Shown piece after piece: positions 48,872-62,099 of a stretch of DNA of 64,000 nucleotides. Each line of letters opens with the position of its first letter. The stretch's first letter is position 1. Source of the DNA: Bigelowiella natans CCMP2755 (lineage: Eukaryota; Protista; Cercozoa); NCBI GenBank assembly GCA_000320545.1, contig ADNK01001385.1, positions 8,101 through 72,100 of the forward strand, read 5' to 3'. A program made the position numbers and the translations under genes. Under the pieces are notes generated by a model. The model saw nothing but the letters and a program-made list of their open reading frames with translations, made no database searches and was not told the DNA's origin.

Positions 48872-50142
48872 ATGGAGGTTGATGCGTGCTGTCCTTCCTT
48901 TCGTTTTTATTGCGGAGTAGAGAAGGATTTGTAGCAAAAGGGGTTAAGATAGAATTTATATAGTCTTATAATATCGTCTCGATGGACTGTGTTGGGTTTT
49001 GAGCTGAGTTAATCGTTGACTCGCGTTTTTTCTTCCGATGGTGTTAGAATTCATATTTCAAAAGTCTGACCGGTATTTCGCGTTAGGTGTACTGGGAACC
49101 TCAAAAGGCAGCATTCTGCGGTGTCCATGCGGTGAATAATCTGATTCAGGGCCCGCTATACTCGGAATGGGACTTCAGTCAGGTTGCTCTGGCTCTCACA
49201 GAGGAAGAACGAAAGCTGATGGCTGCACAAGGGACCGACTCCAAAGACTACTTGGTGAATATGATTCAGCCCAACATATCTCCTTGATATACGTATATTC
49301 AGAGGGAAGCTAAAAGTAAGATATTTCGTCGTGTGTACATTAAGGTGTTCATGGCCAAGGATAGCACGCATGTAGATGAATCTGGAAACTTCTCGATTGA
49401 AGTCATCAAGAAGGTAGTACGGATTTCCAGGCAAATGAAAGCAATAACGTATATTATGATTTTGTTCCATGAGATGAAATTTCTCACAAATATCTTTCCT
49501 CATATTGTGTAATTGTATGCAATGTGTCCTCAACAGGCAATCACAAACATGAACCTTGAAATCACTAGTCTCAACCACCCGAAGATGAAGAAGGCCAAGC
49601 AGGTGCTTCGTTAAGCTGCTACCTTTTTCAGCTGATATGTGCTGTTCTTTTCGTCATCCTCATCTTGAACGTTCTATGTTTGTTCTTTAACAGGAACCAC
49701 ATAAGGAAATAGCGTTCATATGCAACCACGCCAGGTAAAGGATTTAACCTTGTCATTGTAATTACGATTCATTCCCCTTTCCTCGTATTCTCCGCAGTAG
49801 AGTTTAAAAGCTTGGTTTAATTCCTTGCCGTTGACATCGTTATGACCGCCGGCATTTCTTTTCCTTTTTTCTTCTTCGTCGTCGTCCTCCTCTTCTTCCC
49901 CCCTATTCATATCCTCTATATTAGTCACTGGCTCACGATTAGGAAAATAGCCGGTGTCTGGTACAATCTCAACAGCCTCTTAAACAACGGCCCCCATACT
50001 ATAGGCGAGACGTACCTTGGTGCCTTTTTGCAACAGGTTGCAGCTCCGAAGCCATCAAATATTGTTTCACACATCATCGTTCGTCTAATATCACGATCCG
50101 ATTTTCGTTTTTGCTTTCATTTCGAATGTGTTTTACACCTTT

Positions 50143-50174
<32 letters not shown>

Positions 50175-51065
50175 CGTCCTCATCACCAATATCATCATCA
50201 CTCAGCTAGCTCTAGATAAGTACTCGATCTTCGTTATTCGCGGAAGGCTCCCAGATCCGCTTCAGGTAATGTAGTAGTCTATGAAATTCTCGAGATTAGA
50301 TTCCGAAATGAAACGGGGAAACATCCAAATAAATCCCCATGATCTTAATCGTAGCCGCGCCACAGAATGGCAGCATACGCGTCGAAAGACACTCCTGGCC
50401 ATCATTAATCCGTTGTTATGTGTTTATCGCATGGTAGGAAAAGGGAAATGGCATGCGGATCGCTGTGTCGAAGATCTCCACTAAGGGGACAAAGGGAATC
50501 GAGTAAGAATGATGAGCCACATGGCGATATTTAAGCGATTGTTTAAGTAACACTAGCCATTGAGAATGTAGGAAAATGGAAGAAGTCTAGATTAGAGGCT
50601 ATCAAGAAGACATACAATTTGATAGTGAAAACTAAATAAGCAAGCATTTCTTTTAGGAAGCGCAATATTGCGATGGAAGTGACGAATGAAATTGTTAAGC
50701 TCTTTCTTCATTGTTCTAATCCCCTCACCGTCCTTTCCTCCCCTCTTCGCTTTTGCAGCATGGGATTTAAGGGGGAAGGGAAAGGCAAGGGGAACGGTGG
50801 TGGAACGGGTGCGGCCAAGTCAGATCTCGAAAGAGCCCTGGCACTCAGTAGACAGGACCAAGGTACTGAGGAGTAGTCATCATCATCATCTATCCATAAA
50901 ATACCCATAGTGACGATAATTTTCCCTGCCATCCGTAGGGTCTTAAGTTAACTTTGACTGTCGTCTCCTCACTGTTATGTACTCAGGATCGCATGTTTCA
51001 GAGGACGATATGTTGAAACGGGTCCCATTATCATCCTAACCATCATTATCATCCTCATCATCATT

Positions 51066-51097
<32 letters not shown>

Positions 51098-51338
51098 TTT
51101 CGCCGACTCCATTAGAATAATAGAATAATAGAACGTAGTTCATAAAGTTGTTTCTTGAAGATTTCTGGTGACATTTCGTGTTCGTTCATCAATCATCATG
51201 AGCTTATTTGATCCCCAGGCGCTGGAAATGAGTATGGCGACGACACAATCCAGCAGCAGTTCCTCAGCAACATCCGCTCCTATATCTGAAGAAGAACAAC
51301 TCCGTTTAGCAATGCAGCTATCTATGCAGGATAATTAA
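48872..51338 (+). CDS. ATXN3: Ataxin-3-like Josephin deubiquitinase with three UIM-like motifs, multi-exon
   Basis: YWEPQKAAFCGVHAVNNLIQGP, DESGNFSIEVI, AFICN..HWLTIRK..WYNLNSL (Cys-His-Asn triad); UIM-like DLERALALS, DMLKRALEMS and EEEQLRLAMQLS. Confidence 0.92.
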
Positions 51339-52046
51339 TAGATGCTGCTCTGCTGACAGAGAGACGGTAGTGGTCATGGGTCGCGTGAAATAGGTCCAGA
51401 CATCACATTGTAACATGCTCGTCGACATTTCAATGTAAATAGTTTGTTCTGTACAGTGGAAATCGAAAATTTTATCGTGTGATGGTGCGATGCCTACGTT
51501 CGCGCGTGTGTAATATATGCAGTGGTACATAAACGCTAAATGTGAAAGGTGTGAAAGGTGCCATGTAAAAAGGGCATTCATTATCACTCATTAATCACTA
51601 CGACAATCAGCTGCTTCATTTAGTCATGTCATGCTAGCATGCATACACGACACAAGGCGCGCCTGGCGGTGCGCACATCAAAGTCGCTGGACTTGAGTCA
51701 GCGCTGGATCGGAAGCCGATTTGTCGTGTCGTACGTGATATGTCGATCAAAACAAAATTGTTCATTCTTTCGTGTCGTCGACAATCTCGTTTTCGACAAG
51801 GCATGACTGTATTTGATTTCATGATCATCAGTAACCTGGCCTGATGATTCTGCAGTGCATCCCGAAAACATTACTTCATCTCCGCACTGTTCCCATCTCT
51901 TCACACAATTGCTTCAACGTCAACGTCCGCGGCTTCAGCTTCAATCATCATCATGCTGCGCGGGCGACCTTGTTTCTAGACATCTTTCACGGTCCATGAA
52001 ACAGTAGGAAACATTGCTTGCTACAACAAATGAACAACTTAATGCA

Positions 52047-52722
52047 ATGTTTCCAGTTGTGCATCCGAAAGTATCATCAGAAGTACTCAGTTCCACCTCC
52101 TCCCCAAGCAGCGAGCGCAAGAACCGGAAGTCAATTCCGAAGAAGGACAGATGGATGTCGCAAGCTAAAAAACACCTGTTATTTTTATCCTTTTTCTCTT
52201 ACATTTTGTTGTCGTATGGGGGAAATTCGCAAGGGTTGTCGTGAGAGCACAGCAACACAGACGCGGACGACGCTAAAAGGAGTCCGTGTTTCAATGTGCC
52301 GTCCTTGAGAAAGCTTTCGTGCGGAAGTATCCACCTAAATTAAACCGTTGTGAAGCCTTTTATCTATTACTCAAATACTTGACTTGGGAGAGAAGAAGAG
52401 CGGGTGGAGAAGATTGCTTGCAATGAGAAACGTTATCTCAACAGTGATGATTCAGTTGAGGCGTGTCAAACTTGGCTCAATACGGTATTTAACTATCTGT
52501 GCAATAAATGTTTCATACATATGTCCACGCAGATTCGAGTTGTGTTGCTGTCCAGCATCATCGAAACAGATATATTTCGCAGAATTCTCGCCGCCGCTGC
52601 ATTATTCCTGGGCTTTTTCCTTTTCTGGGATTATTCGAAGTTCTTCGCATCATGTCCAATCGAGGTCACATCAAATTTAGCCCTAATCTTGTACAACATG
52701 TAGATACACGAGGACAATAACT

Positions 52723-52767
<45 letters not shown>

Positions 52768-54027
52768 TAAAAACCTTATTTTGTTAGGTGAGAGCACTGA
52801 AATTCCACGGTGGCGACCCCGCAACAAATGATGGCAGCTGCACGTGCGGAACGGACGGTTTGTCTAGTTGTTGAAATGTCATTTGTGGTGAAGGTGCTTC
52901 ACCTCGAGATATATGAACACACAAAATGGTGCCATCAGGTTATTGCATGTGCACACCCAGCTTGGCAATCGATGCAATCATAGAGGTGATAATGGAGTTT
53001 TTACAACGCAATGAGGACGATGTAAAATCTTTTCTCCCGTTACTGATTTACTTGAAGGTTGAGTTTGGAGGCGGTGAAGAATCTTGGTTGATGCTTGTTC
53101 GCCGCAGGTAATACATCTGATTGTTCCTTCCTCCATCCATATTTTTCGATGATTATCACTGAAGCCCCTGCTCCTTATGCGGAATGACCAGTGAGATGGC
53201 ACGACTACGACAACGTTACAACAACAACAACGATTTCAGTACACGGAGACCATGACGAAGGGCCGAGACGCAGAGTTCCTTTATTTATAAGTAATTTTAA
53301 TTACATCTCAGAGATCCACCCGCTGATGTGAATGCGATCGTCGGAGGATTTGTTGAGGTTCGTTGATTTCATAAATTCGCCAACAATGGGATGATGGCAT
53401 TTGTAGCCGAACTACCAAGCATCTAAATTCGCTGCTCATTATCTGTAATTTTTCGCGTCAGTGTTTGGATATGCGCAAATGTACATGTATTATTCTTCTA
53501 TACCGAACGTCATTCCGAGAGAGAAGGGAGGGTTGTAAAACAATCACAAGGATCATTCTGTGAGCGATCATTCAATGAATAAGGGCCACGCTCAATTCAT
53601 GGTATGTGCCCAGGTTTTTGAGTCTGTTGAGACAGCTGTCGCGCGCGAAGTTAAAGAGGAAACTAATCTTGTCCTCGATACGGTCGGATTCGAGCACTCA
53701 TGGGAAAATGCGTCTGTTCTGCTGTTCGGCCCTTCTTGACTTATTCATATTTTCCTTGTCGCAGGAGAAAGATTGCAAGCTGTTTGGAGTGTACAGTGAT
53801 CCGAAACGCGATAAGCGCAGGTTTCTTATAAACTCACGCCGCTTTATGAAGGATGGCCTATAGTTGATGACCTTTGGAAGCGATAGTTGTCGTCACCTTT
53901 CTCTCGCGGAATTTGTTCAATATTGTGATTCCTCGTTTGAATGGGGCTTTGAGAATACGCATCGAAAGTTTAAAATAACCCCAGATGCTTGTTTGCGCGT
54001 CTTCTCCCTTTTTCTGTCTCTTTTCGG

Positions 54028-54067
<40 letters not shown>

Positions 54068-54588
54068 GTGTGTAAGAGATAGAGAGGTGAACGAGGGGGG
54101 AGTGGAAGGTCATCGTATGCATCGAAGTTACTTGTGGTTGGATAATCAGGCACACAGTGAGTATTGTCTACCGTTGTTCCGTCAATAAAGCAAGAACTGA
54201 GAATGTGAAAGGGTCTGCCATCCTAAAAATATATCAGATACTTACCACATGATACAGATGCAAGCTGATATGCTTACTCACCTCCCCCCTCCCCCCCCCC
54301 TCCCATTCTCTCTATGTGTTCGCGCGCGCGCGTGTGTGTGTGTGTGTGTGTGTGTGTCTATGTTTTGTGCCATAAATAGGAAGGATGATGCGAGGGCAGT
54401 CGAATTTTATCCTCTTTCCCAGTGGAAGTCGCTGAAATTTGGTACTGCGACGTTCCCCCCCAACGCCAACGAACTATACACTCCTTGTGACTGATTTTAT
54501 ACTAAATTTCTCTTGTCTGTTGAAAGGATTTGATCATCGCAAAATTTTCCAAGATTACATGGGAAAATATCATCCAACCTTGCAGTGA
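52047..54588 (+). CDS. Nudix hydrolase (ADP-ribose pyrophosphatase-like) with a hydrophobic, Cys-rich N-terminal extension
   Basis: CTPSLAIDAIIE, IVGGFVE..ESVETAVAREVKEETNL (Nudix box), FGVYSDPKRDKR-HTVSIVY, DDARAV, FDHRKIFQDY. Start and N-terminal exons uncertain. Confidence 0.82.
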
Positions 54589-55555
54589 CGACCACACATT
54601 CTCCCATTTACACACACGCACACGCGCGCATGTGCGTGATGTGCACACATGTCAATTCTTTCACAGCAGCGCACGTGAAAAATGTCACATTTTGAACATT
54701 TTAAGCATCAGTCTGCGTTTTGCGGCACAACGTATGGCAGCGTGCCCCGAATGTGTAGTGCACGCTTGTACGCATGCTGTGCTCTGCTTCAGTGCGATCA
54801 CCTGTCAAACATGTGAATGCGCATGTGCGCACTTGATTGTCCGAGCGATGTGCGATCACCACGAGTGTGCAAATGGGATCTATCACAATTGGGTTCAAAC
54901 ATAACCCTGTCGATCCGTGTTACCAATCACTACACACATGCCTGGATCTAGTGGACGGCGAACATGCAATCAGATTTTGTGATTTCATGCAGTCGTTCAA
55001 CAGATCAGTGAACAACAACGAATGAAGTGTTTCCAATGATGCAGCTGAAAGGATCATCAGAAGTGCCAATGTCAACTCATCCATTCCACCCCCATGTGCA
55101 ACAAGACCATCAAGAAAAATGGAGGCTTCGTTTCGCATCTGCCGGCCATGCTAGCATGGCACTTGCTAGCTTGGACCAACCGCAAACAGGTCGAGTTTGA
55201 GTCGAAGGGAAAACCCACCGATAATGCCCTGCGACATGAATACCGGCTTGCTTTTCGCGAGGAAATACAGACGATTTTTCTCGATTTCAGATGAAGAACA
55301 AAAATTCTCGATGTTTCATCATGTGCGACAATGCAAAACATCACGTTATTCTGATGAGATGGGAGCTGGGCACAATCCCGACGGGCGAAGGGAAGCTTCT
55401 GGAAGGTGAAAGTGGTAAGCTCCTAGCGACCCGCCACCCTGGTGTCCGAGAATCTCGCCACACCGAGTTTCAACTACCCCATTTTTTCAATCTTACATCA
55501 TCATTTTTTTGGGGTAACTTTTCTTCAGGGAGGGAGTCGGAGCTGGAGAAGAATC

Positions 55556-55648
55556 ATGGAGGACAAAAAGGAGACCGTTGAGCCCACGAGAAAGTTTGCA
55601 ATTTTAGTTCGAAATTTTACCAAACCTTCTGGTTTGTTCTTTCTCTGA

Positions 55649-55707
<59 letters not shown>

Positions 55708-56094
55708 ATGGACGAGCAAGTTACCAGAATACGAGAAGGGGGTCGAGCGACTTAGTCGTGTGCGCTATTTTTTATCCCTTTTCTAGTTACAGAAGGGAGG
55801 GGAAGCTCGGAGAAGGAACCTCTGGTGTCGTCTTCAAGGCCAGAGTCTTAGATTCGTCACGTCTTAAGAAGGTACGTTGCAGCACACCTTCCTCACAGAA
55901 ATACAGCTACGGTGTAGCGAGCCCGTGTATTCGTACAAGCTGCTTACATCCGTCCATTCTGATTGTTGTCTCCTCATGAATCCATTCCAGCGCAAACGAG
56001 GGACTGAAGTGAAAAAGGATGACTTTGTTGCCATTAAAAGGATCAACCTCACAAGCATCGATAAGGGTCTCAGGTAGTTGGACGTGTTTGTATG

Positions 56095-56125
<31 letters not shown>

Positions 56126-56175
56126 CAACAGTGCGTGCCAAAGTCGTCGGAAAGGAGTACTGGTTTCCTTAGTTA

Positions 56176-56218
<43 letters not shown>

Positions 56219-57258
56219 CATATACACGTGGCATTTCTTGTCATTTTGTTGTTTCCCCTTTCTCATCAATCACATCTCTCTACTCGCCACTACTCTCAGC
56301 ATGGAGACTATCCGAGAAATCAGACTACTTCCGGAGCTCAATCACCCCAACATCGTTAGCATTCTTGACATCTTCAAGCACAATGTAGCCATTGCACATG
56401 CTTAGGGTAGTAATGGTGCTCACTCTTTGTGGTCTACATCGGAAGATGCCTGTTATCTAATTTGATGATCTTTGCCGTCTTCGTTGGCCCTCCTCACATT
56501 TTTTATCTCCAAAGGACAACGTAAACTTGGTCATGGAGTACATGGAAATGGACCTTGCAGAGATGATACAAAGTGTGTTAGCGGTGGCGGTGGCGACAGC
56601 AGTAGCAGCTAGCAGTGATTATGGTCTACGTAGTACTATTGGCCACCCCGCACAAATATGATGGATGAGTCCCAGTTGTAAACTACCTACCCTCCTTCCG
56701 CTTCCCCCCCTCAATATCCTGATACCGTGTTGTGTCTGTGCGATTAAGATAAAGCAAAGTACGAATTAACGAGCGCTGACAAGAAGGCGTATATGAAGAT
56801 GATGCTGGAATCTGTGGCATACTGGTACAGTATACTTGCTTGTGAGGGTGAGCAGGAACTCGCAGAGGGGATTTTCGGGCAAGTAGAGATTTTCAGTGAT
56901 GCTTAGGCTTCTTTCTGTAGATATTGAAAAAAGCATCTGATGAGTTTTATCGTATCACTGTTACATGTCACTACGAGCAGCCACAAGCACTGGGTTCTGC
57001 ACAGGGATCTTAAACCTCAAAATTACCTCATTGCATTCGACGGCTCCCTACATCTCACCGACTTTGGCCTTGCGAAGGTAAGGGAGGAAGGGAAAGAGAG
57101 AGAGTGAGTGAGTTGACGTATCATATACCGTGTATTTTCATCTTCATTTGTTGTCGTGATGTCGCGTACTACGAAAGGGATACGGATCTCCAGGCCGGAT
57201 GACTCCGGAGGCCTACACTGTTTGGTAAAACTATTGTCATATCATAACTGCCAAGTGA

Positions 57259-57310
<52 letters not shown>

Positions 57311-57927
57311 GAATATGTACTGTATAGATACTCCCATTTGATATGGACAAAGTAATACACAGTCTCTCCTCCTTTGACCGTTTGAAAAGGTATCGTCCTC
57401 CAGAGCTACTATTCGACGCGGAATCCTATGGTCCTGCGGCAGACATGTGGTGAGAACGAATAACGACCCCCATCCTCTGGTATCAATGATGACTTGCTTG
57501 TTCATGCCCCTACAGGGCTGTCGGCTGCGTGTTCGGAGAGCTCCTGCTGCGACGTCCGTTGTTTGCTACACAAGAAGGAAGTAAGTTTACTACAATCCGG
57601 TGGATTGTGTAGTTGGGTGCTGCGAACATAGTCGTATCCGAAGCCGAGTAGTACATGCAAACGCCCGCGCGCGCGTAAACACAAAAGAGGGGGGAAGGGG
57701 GGGGGAGTATTCTGTTTGACTCATTCCTTACTTCTCAGCTGCTCTGGCGCAGATTAGTGCAATATTCGGCAGGGTAAACAAGGGCGAGGGGTAGGGGAGG
57801 GTGGTGTTGGGATGATGAAGTTGACGTATGTTTCGCACCAAATGATAATAAGAGCTTCTAAGGATGAGACCAGACGGGAAACACTTATCAATTCTGTCCT
57901 ATCCCTCTCTACCTTACACACATGCAG

Positions 57928-57966
<39 letters not shown>

Positions 57967-58654
57967 CCGCCCTCCCACCCATTTTTGCCCGCCCTTCCTT
58001 AATTGGCAGCTGGGAACACCCACTGATAAGGAGTGGCCAGACTGGCGACATCTCAAATGGTGATACAAAAAGAATAGCAAGATATACATAGTAGTGCGTG
58101 CGTGTGTGCGTGTATGCGTGTGTGCGTGTGCTTGTTGCATAGATATAGACATATACGTAGCGTGAACAGAATCACTTCTAGTCTGGCGACTCTGCTTCGA
58201 CGGATCGACGGATAGTCACTGATGTTTTGTTGGACAGGTTTCAAATGTATGAGGAACACGAGAAGGTGGAGCCGGTCCCATGGCGAAGTACATTCTCAGC
58301 TGCTAGCGATGATGAAATCGACCTCATCAAGAACCTCTTACGATACAATCCCCACAAACGCCTCACTGCAGAGCAAGTAAGATTGTGATGCCCATTATGA
58401 TGATGATAATGATGATGATGAAAATAGTGACAGAGGGCGAAAAAGAATGGTTGAACTGCGGAAGCGAATTTGTAGGAACCTTGAGATATTGCAAAGTTTC
58501 TTCAACCGTAGGGTTGGCCTCATTCATATGTGTTTTTTAAGACTGTGATTTGCGTTGTCAATAGGCCTTGAAGCACCGCTACTTCAGTACAGCACCAGAA
58601 GCAACATCACTAGAGAACATGCCAAACGTGCGTAGACGGCGAGGAAGGGACTAG
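55556..58654 (+). CDS. CDK7: Cyclin-dependent kinase, CDK7/CDKD-like, multi-exon; start uncertain
   Basis: [93 protein letters not shown]. Confidence 0.8.
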
Positions 58655-59464
58655 ACCCTGCATTTTAGGTTTAGAAGTGATAGTTAGTGTAGCAGCGCAT
58701 CTGATCTATGCGAATGGCATGGCTAGTAAGACCAATAAGGTTTGACAACTTGGTATGGCACACACACTTGTGTGTATGCTCATTGCAACATGCACGCCGC
58801 ACGTTGGCTTGTGCTGATTTAACTGTAGATACTGAAGGTAATAATGATGACATGCATCTGCATTGCACATGACTCATACACTCGCCCAACACGCTTTCGT
58901 AATCATGTCAGTGAGGCTGCTACACTCTGCGCGAGTCAATACGTGCGCACGGTTAACTAGCAAATGATGTGAAAATGTTATCCACACACACACACAGGCA
59001 CATATTGTATACTTGGACTTGCGCACGCTTAGTGAACTGATTGCATACTATGGATGTGAGGCATCGAAACGATTCTGATGAACTAGAGACGGCTTGCATC
59101 TAACAAATCTCAAAATCATAGCTTGTTGTCGTGCAGGTTCTAATGTAAGATAGATATGTATTCAAATAGGGCCTATAGATGAGCAAGCAACATACAGCAA
59201 ACTCTTCAATATGGTCAAATGTTCGTGATTCCATTCGTATTGAGATGGGAGGTGGTTGCTTTCATGTATGCAAGCGTGGTACGTAGTTGCAGGCACAATC
59301 TGCTTGTGCTTATTACTCCATACTCCATCTAGCTCAACACAATTGTACTTTGTGAAAATATCGTATGAAGATATCACAAAATATCAACCAAAAGTGAAAG
59401 TCTACATCTTTCTCATGTTTTGTGAGAATGGATACTCTGCAAATGATACCGTTCTTCATAGATT

Positions 59465-61141
59465 TCAATGTTTTGACCTAGATGGATTACTCTCATTCAA
59501 AATTTGTTGAGAGGCAGCAAGATCCTTCCGATGCTCATCTAGCAAGTGTAATGCAACAGCTCTAGCTGGACACAAGTGGGCAGGAGAGAAATCACCTATC
59601 TTGCAATTTTCTTCTTTGGAGGCTGGTTTGAGCTCTGGTTTGGTCTTGGCTTCCTCTTTGAAAAATCTTTCCACAATCTTTCCTGCCTTCCCCTTAACAT
59701 GGACATTTTCCAAACAATGATGTCTATGTGTGGGCCAATGGACTCTCTGGCAATCCCAATTACAATAGTAAGCGCTTTGGCAACCAGAGCATTTTCTCTT
59801 TTCTCCTTGAGCATTCCCACACTGATCACATGCTGAAGTTGGGATATTCTTAGAAGCTAATGGAATGGTAGCCAGAATATCTAAGGATCTCTTAGCTAGT
59901 GGCCTTGTTGATATACCAGCAGGGGCGTTCGGATGAATTGGGGGTTTACAATGGGATTTGCAATGGATGCTAGACGATGGAATACAGGGTTCATTACTAG
60001 GTGTATTTTGTGGTACGGCCGCACTCATGGCCTGTTTGAGAGGTACTTGCTCTAATTTCTCTTTCAAATTTTCATTGGATAATTCTATCTTCTTCGGTTC
60101 CAGTTTATTTGAAAGTTTCATGAGCATATCTCTCTCTCCGTCAAAAATTTCATAAGATCTGCAATGACCGGGATGTTTGTTTTGGCGTAGGCATTTTTCT
60201 GATCTTCCACACCAGACGAATGTCTCGCAAGCTAGTAAGCGGAGAAGATGCTCTCTTCCCTTTCTAGTTTTAATTTTGTTGACATTTTCGACCACATTTT
60301 CAATCTTCCGTTTCCTTGATCCTTTTCCTGCAAGTATCGGGATCTGTTCCGCAAGGTTAGCTTTCCTTTTCTGGATAGCCTTGAGCTTTGTAACTAACTC
60401 AAGGCTTTCGTCAATTTTCATCATGTCCGTTTTCTGATCACCGTTCCTCAGGTCAACATTATTAGAACCAATCACTCGCCGAGGTAATTGTGGAGATGAC
60501 CACGAAGTATGCGATGCAGGTTGAGAAGATGTATCAGCTTCTGAGTCGGAATCATCAGCATACTCTTTCGATTGAATGTGAAGCGATAAAATTTTAGTAT
60601 CGATACATGGACCTGCGCACCCTTTGAAAACTTCACATGGATCACCAGTTACTTCTCCATCGTAAAATTCACCCGCTCGAACTACTCTTATGTATTTTTC
60701 TGTTGACCAGTTGTCTTTTTCTTCGTCCCAAAAAGTCCAACCACTGTAAACGTCGCCAGGAGTCATAGCAAAACTATCTGCAAAGAGATACCCCTCATCA
60801 GTTGAGATATCTGCGCCTACAATCCATTGTTGCTTGGAATTGCCATAAAATATGTTCATCCCTCCGCCAATTTTGGTGTATCGACTTCTCCCACAGGCGC
60901 ACGGCCTCGTATCGGGCACTCCGACATAAAGCCCAGCGAATTTAACTTCTTCCGAGTGGCAGAAAAGGCCCTCAGGCGCAATCAAGCGATAAACTTGAGG
61001 TTTAGCATTCGCTTCTACCTTCTTTGGTGACAATTCTAACTTCCTACGTTTCATTCCATGGTCAAGTTTTCGAAGATATCGTGAGGTAAGCTCCTGACTG
61101 AAGTCAGCAGCGAGCATTTTCGTTCGCGACCTAATCAGCAA
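59465..61141 (-). CDS. MYND zinc-finger protein (long single exon; may extend 5')
   Basis: 558-aa ORF with CDQC..KCSGCQSAYYCNWDCQRVHWPTHRHHC. Confidence 0.85.
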   Translation of the reverse strand: MLIRSRTKMLAADFSQELTSRYLRKLDHGMKRRKLELSPKKVEANAKPQVYRLIAPEGLFCHSEEVKFAGLYVGVPDTRPCACGRSRYTKIGGGMNIFYGNSKQQWIVGADISTDEGYLFADSFAMTPGDVYSGWTFWDEEKDNWSTEKYIRVVRAGEFYDGEVTGDPCEVFKGCAGPCIDTKILSLHIQSKEYADDSDSEADTSSQPASHTSWSSPQLPRRVIGSNNVDLRNGDQKTDMMKIDESLELVTKLKAIQKRKANLAEQIPILAGKGSRKRKIENVVENVNKIKTRKGREHLLRLLACETFVWCGRSEKCLRQNKHPGHCRSYEIFDGERDMLMKLSNKLEPKKIELSNENLKEKLEQVPLKQAMSAAVPQNTPSNEPCIPSSSIHCKSHCKPPIHPNAPAGISTRPLAKRSLDILATIPLASKNIPTSACDQCGNAQGEKRKCSGCQSAYYCNWDCQRVHWPTHRHHCLENVHVKGKAGKIVERFFKEEAKTKPELKPASKEENCKIGDFSPAHLCPARAVALHLLDEHRKDLAASQQILNESNPSRSKH

Positions 61142-62099
61142 TGCGAATTAAAAGTCAAACTTCCTTATCACCTTCAAAGTAGAGTGCAAAGCTTCTATAA
61201 GGGAACTTATAATAAAATGTTCGAAGACAGATTGCAGAAGGAGTTCGAATCTGTGCAAATTAACGGAAACAAGAACCAAGTTTCTCTCTCCCCCTCATAC
61301 AGCTCAAATACGTTTTGCAGACGAAGCAAAAATCTTCCATGGTTCTCTTATGTAGATAATAATAGCTTTGGAGTTCACGCTTACGTTCGTACCTTGGTAG
61401 TGAATGGCGGGTCTCCTCGATTGTGGATGATGGAAGCCAACGTGCTCGTTTGTTTTCAAGTCAACGACACCATCAATTTGATGTCGCAACAAGAGAATAT
61501 TATCGTTTTTGCTTCCGAAGAAATATTTTGAAAGGTGTTGACACTTGAAGGGGGTGTCAGAGATCGCCTCCTCGGAGCCAGAACATGTGCGGGAGAGAAA
61601 GGATGAGAAAGAATTTTCCCGAAATATTATTGAAAAAATACCCTCAATTTTGTGTGATTTTTTTAAGAAAGCCGGGATCCCTGGAACCTAATTGTGATGA
61701 GATTGCCATGCGGTTTACTTGTACGTGATCTGGATCCGCCTACAACATGCTCGAGCTTGCGGATGTCAGAAAAACTTAGTGTCACTTGCTCGAATGAGAC
61801 CGACAGAGGGAAGTTTCCATCAAATTGCAGCAAATTTCATTGTCGCTCACTCAAAATTTTGTCCGGGTATCGAGGTTTAAACTAAACTGTCTGTGGAAAC
61901 CGAAAAAGATCACAAAAGTATACTGTCGTCCACTAAATTGGTTTGACGCAGACATAAAACCTCATCCTTTTGTCTCTTTTGTACGAAGCTGGTGAGTCTT
62001 CAGTCTGGGAGCCCTCTGACAGATTTTGGTGGGCCCCTCTCACATCCTCCATCCTCTCCCGACTCGATCCTTCGGACAATTCTGTGAAGAGAATAGCAG

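Noticed and set aside
52727-52766. (CAG)n tract as ataxin-3 polyglutamine
   Set aside because: It lies ~1.4 kb past the ataxin-3 stop, in an apparent intron of the Nudix gene.
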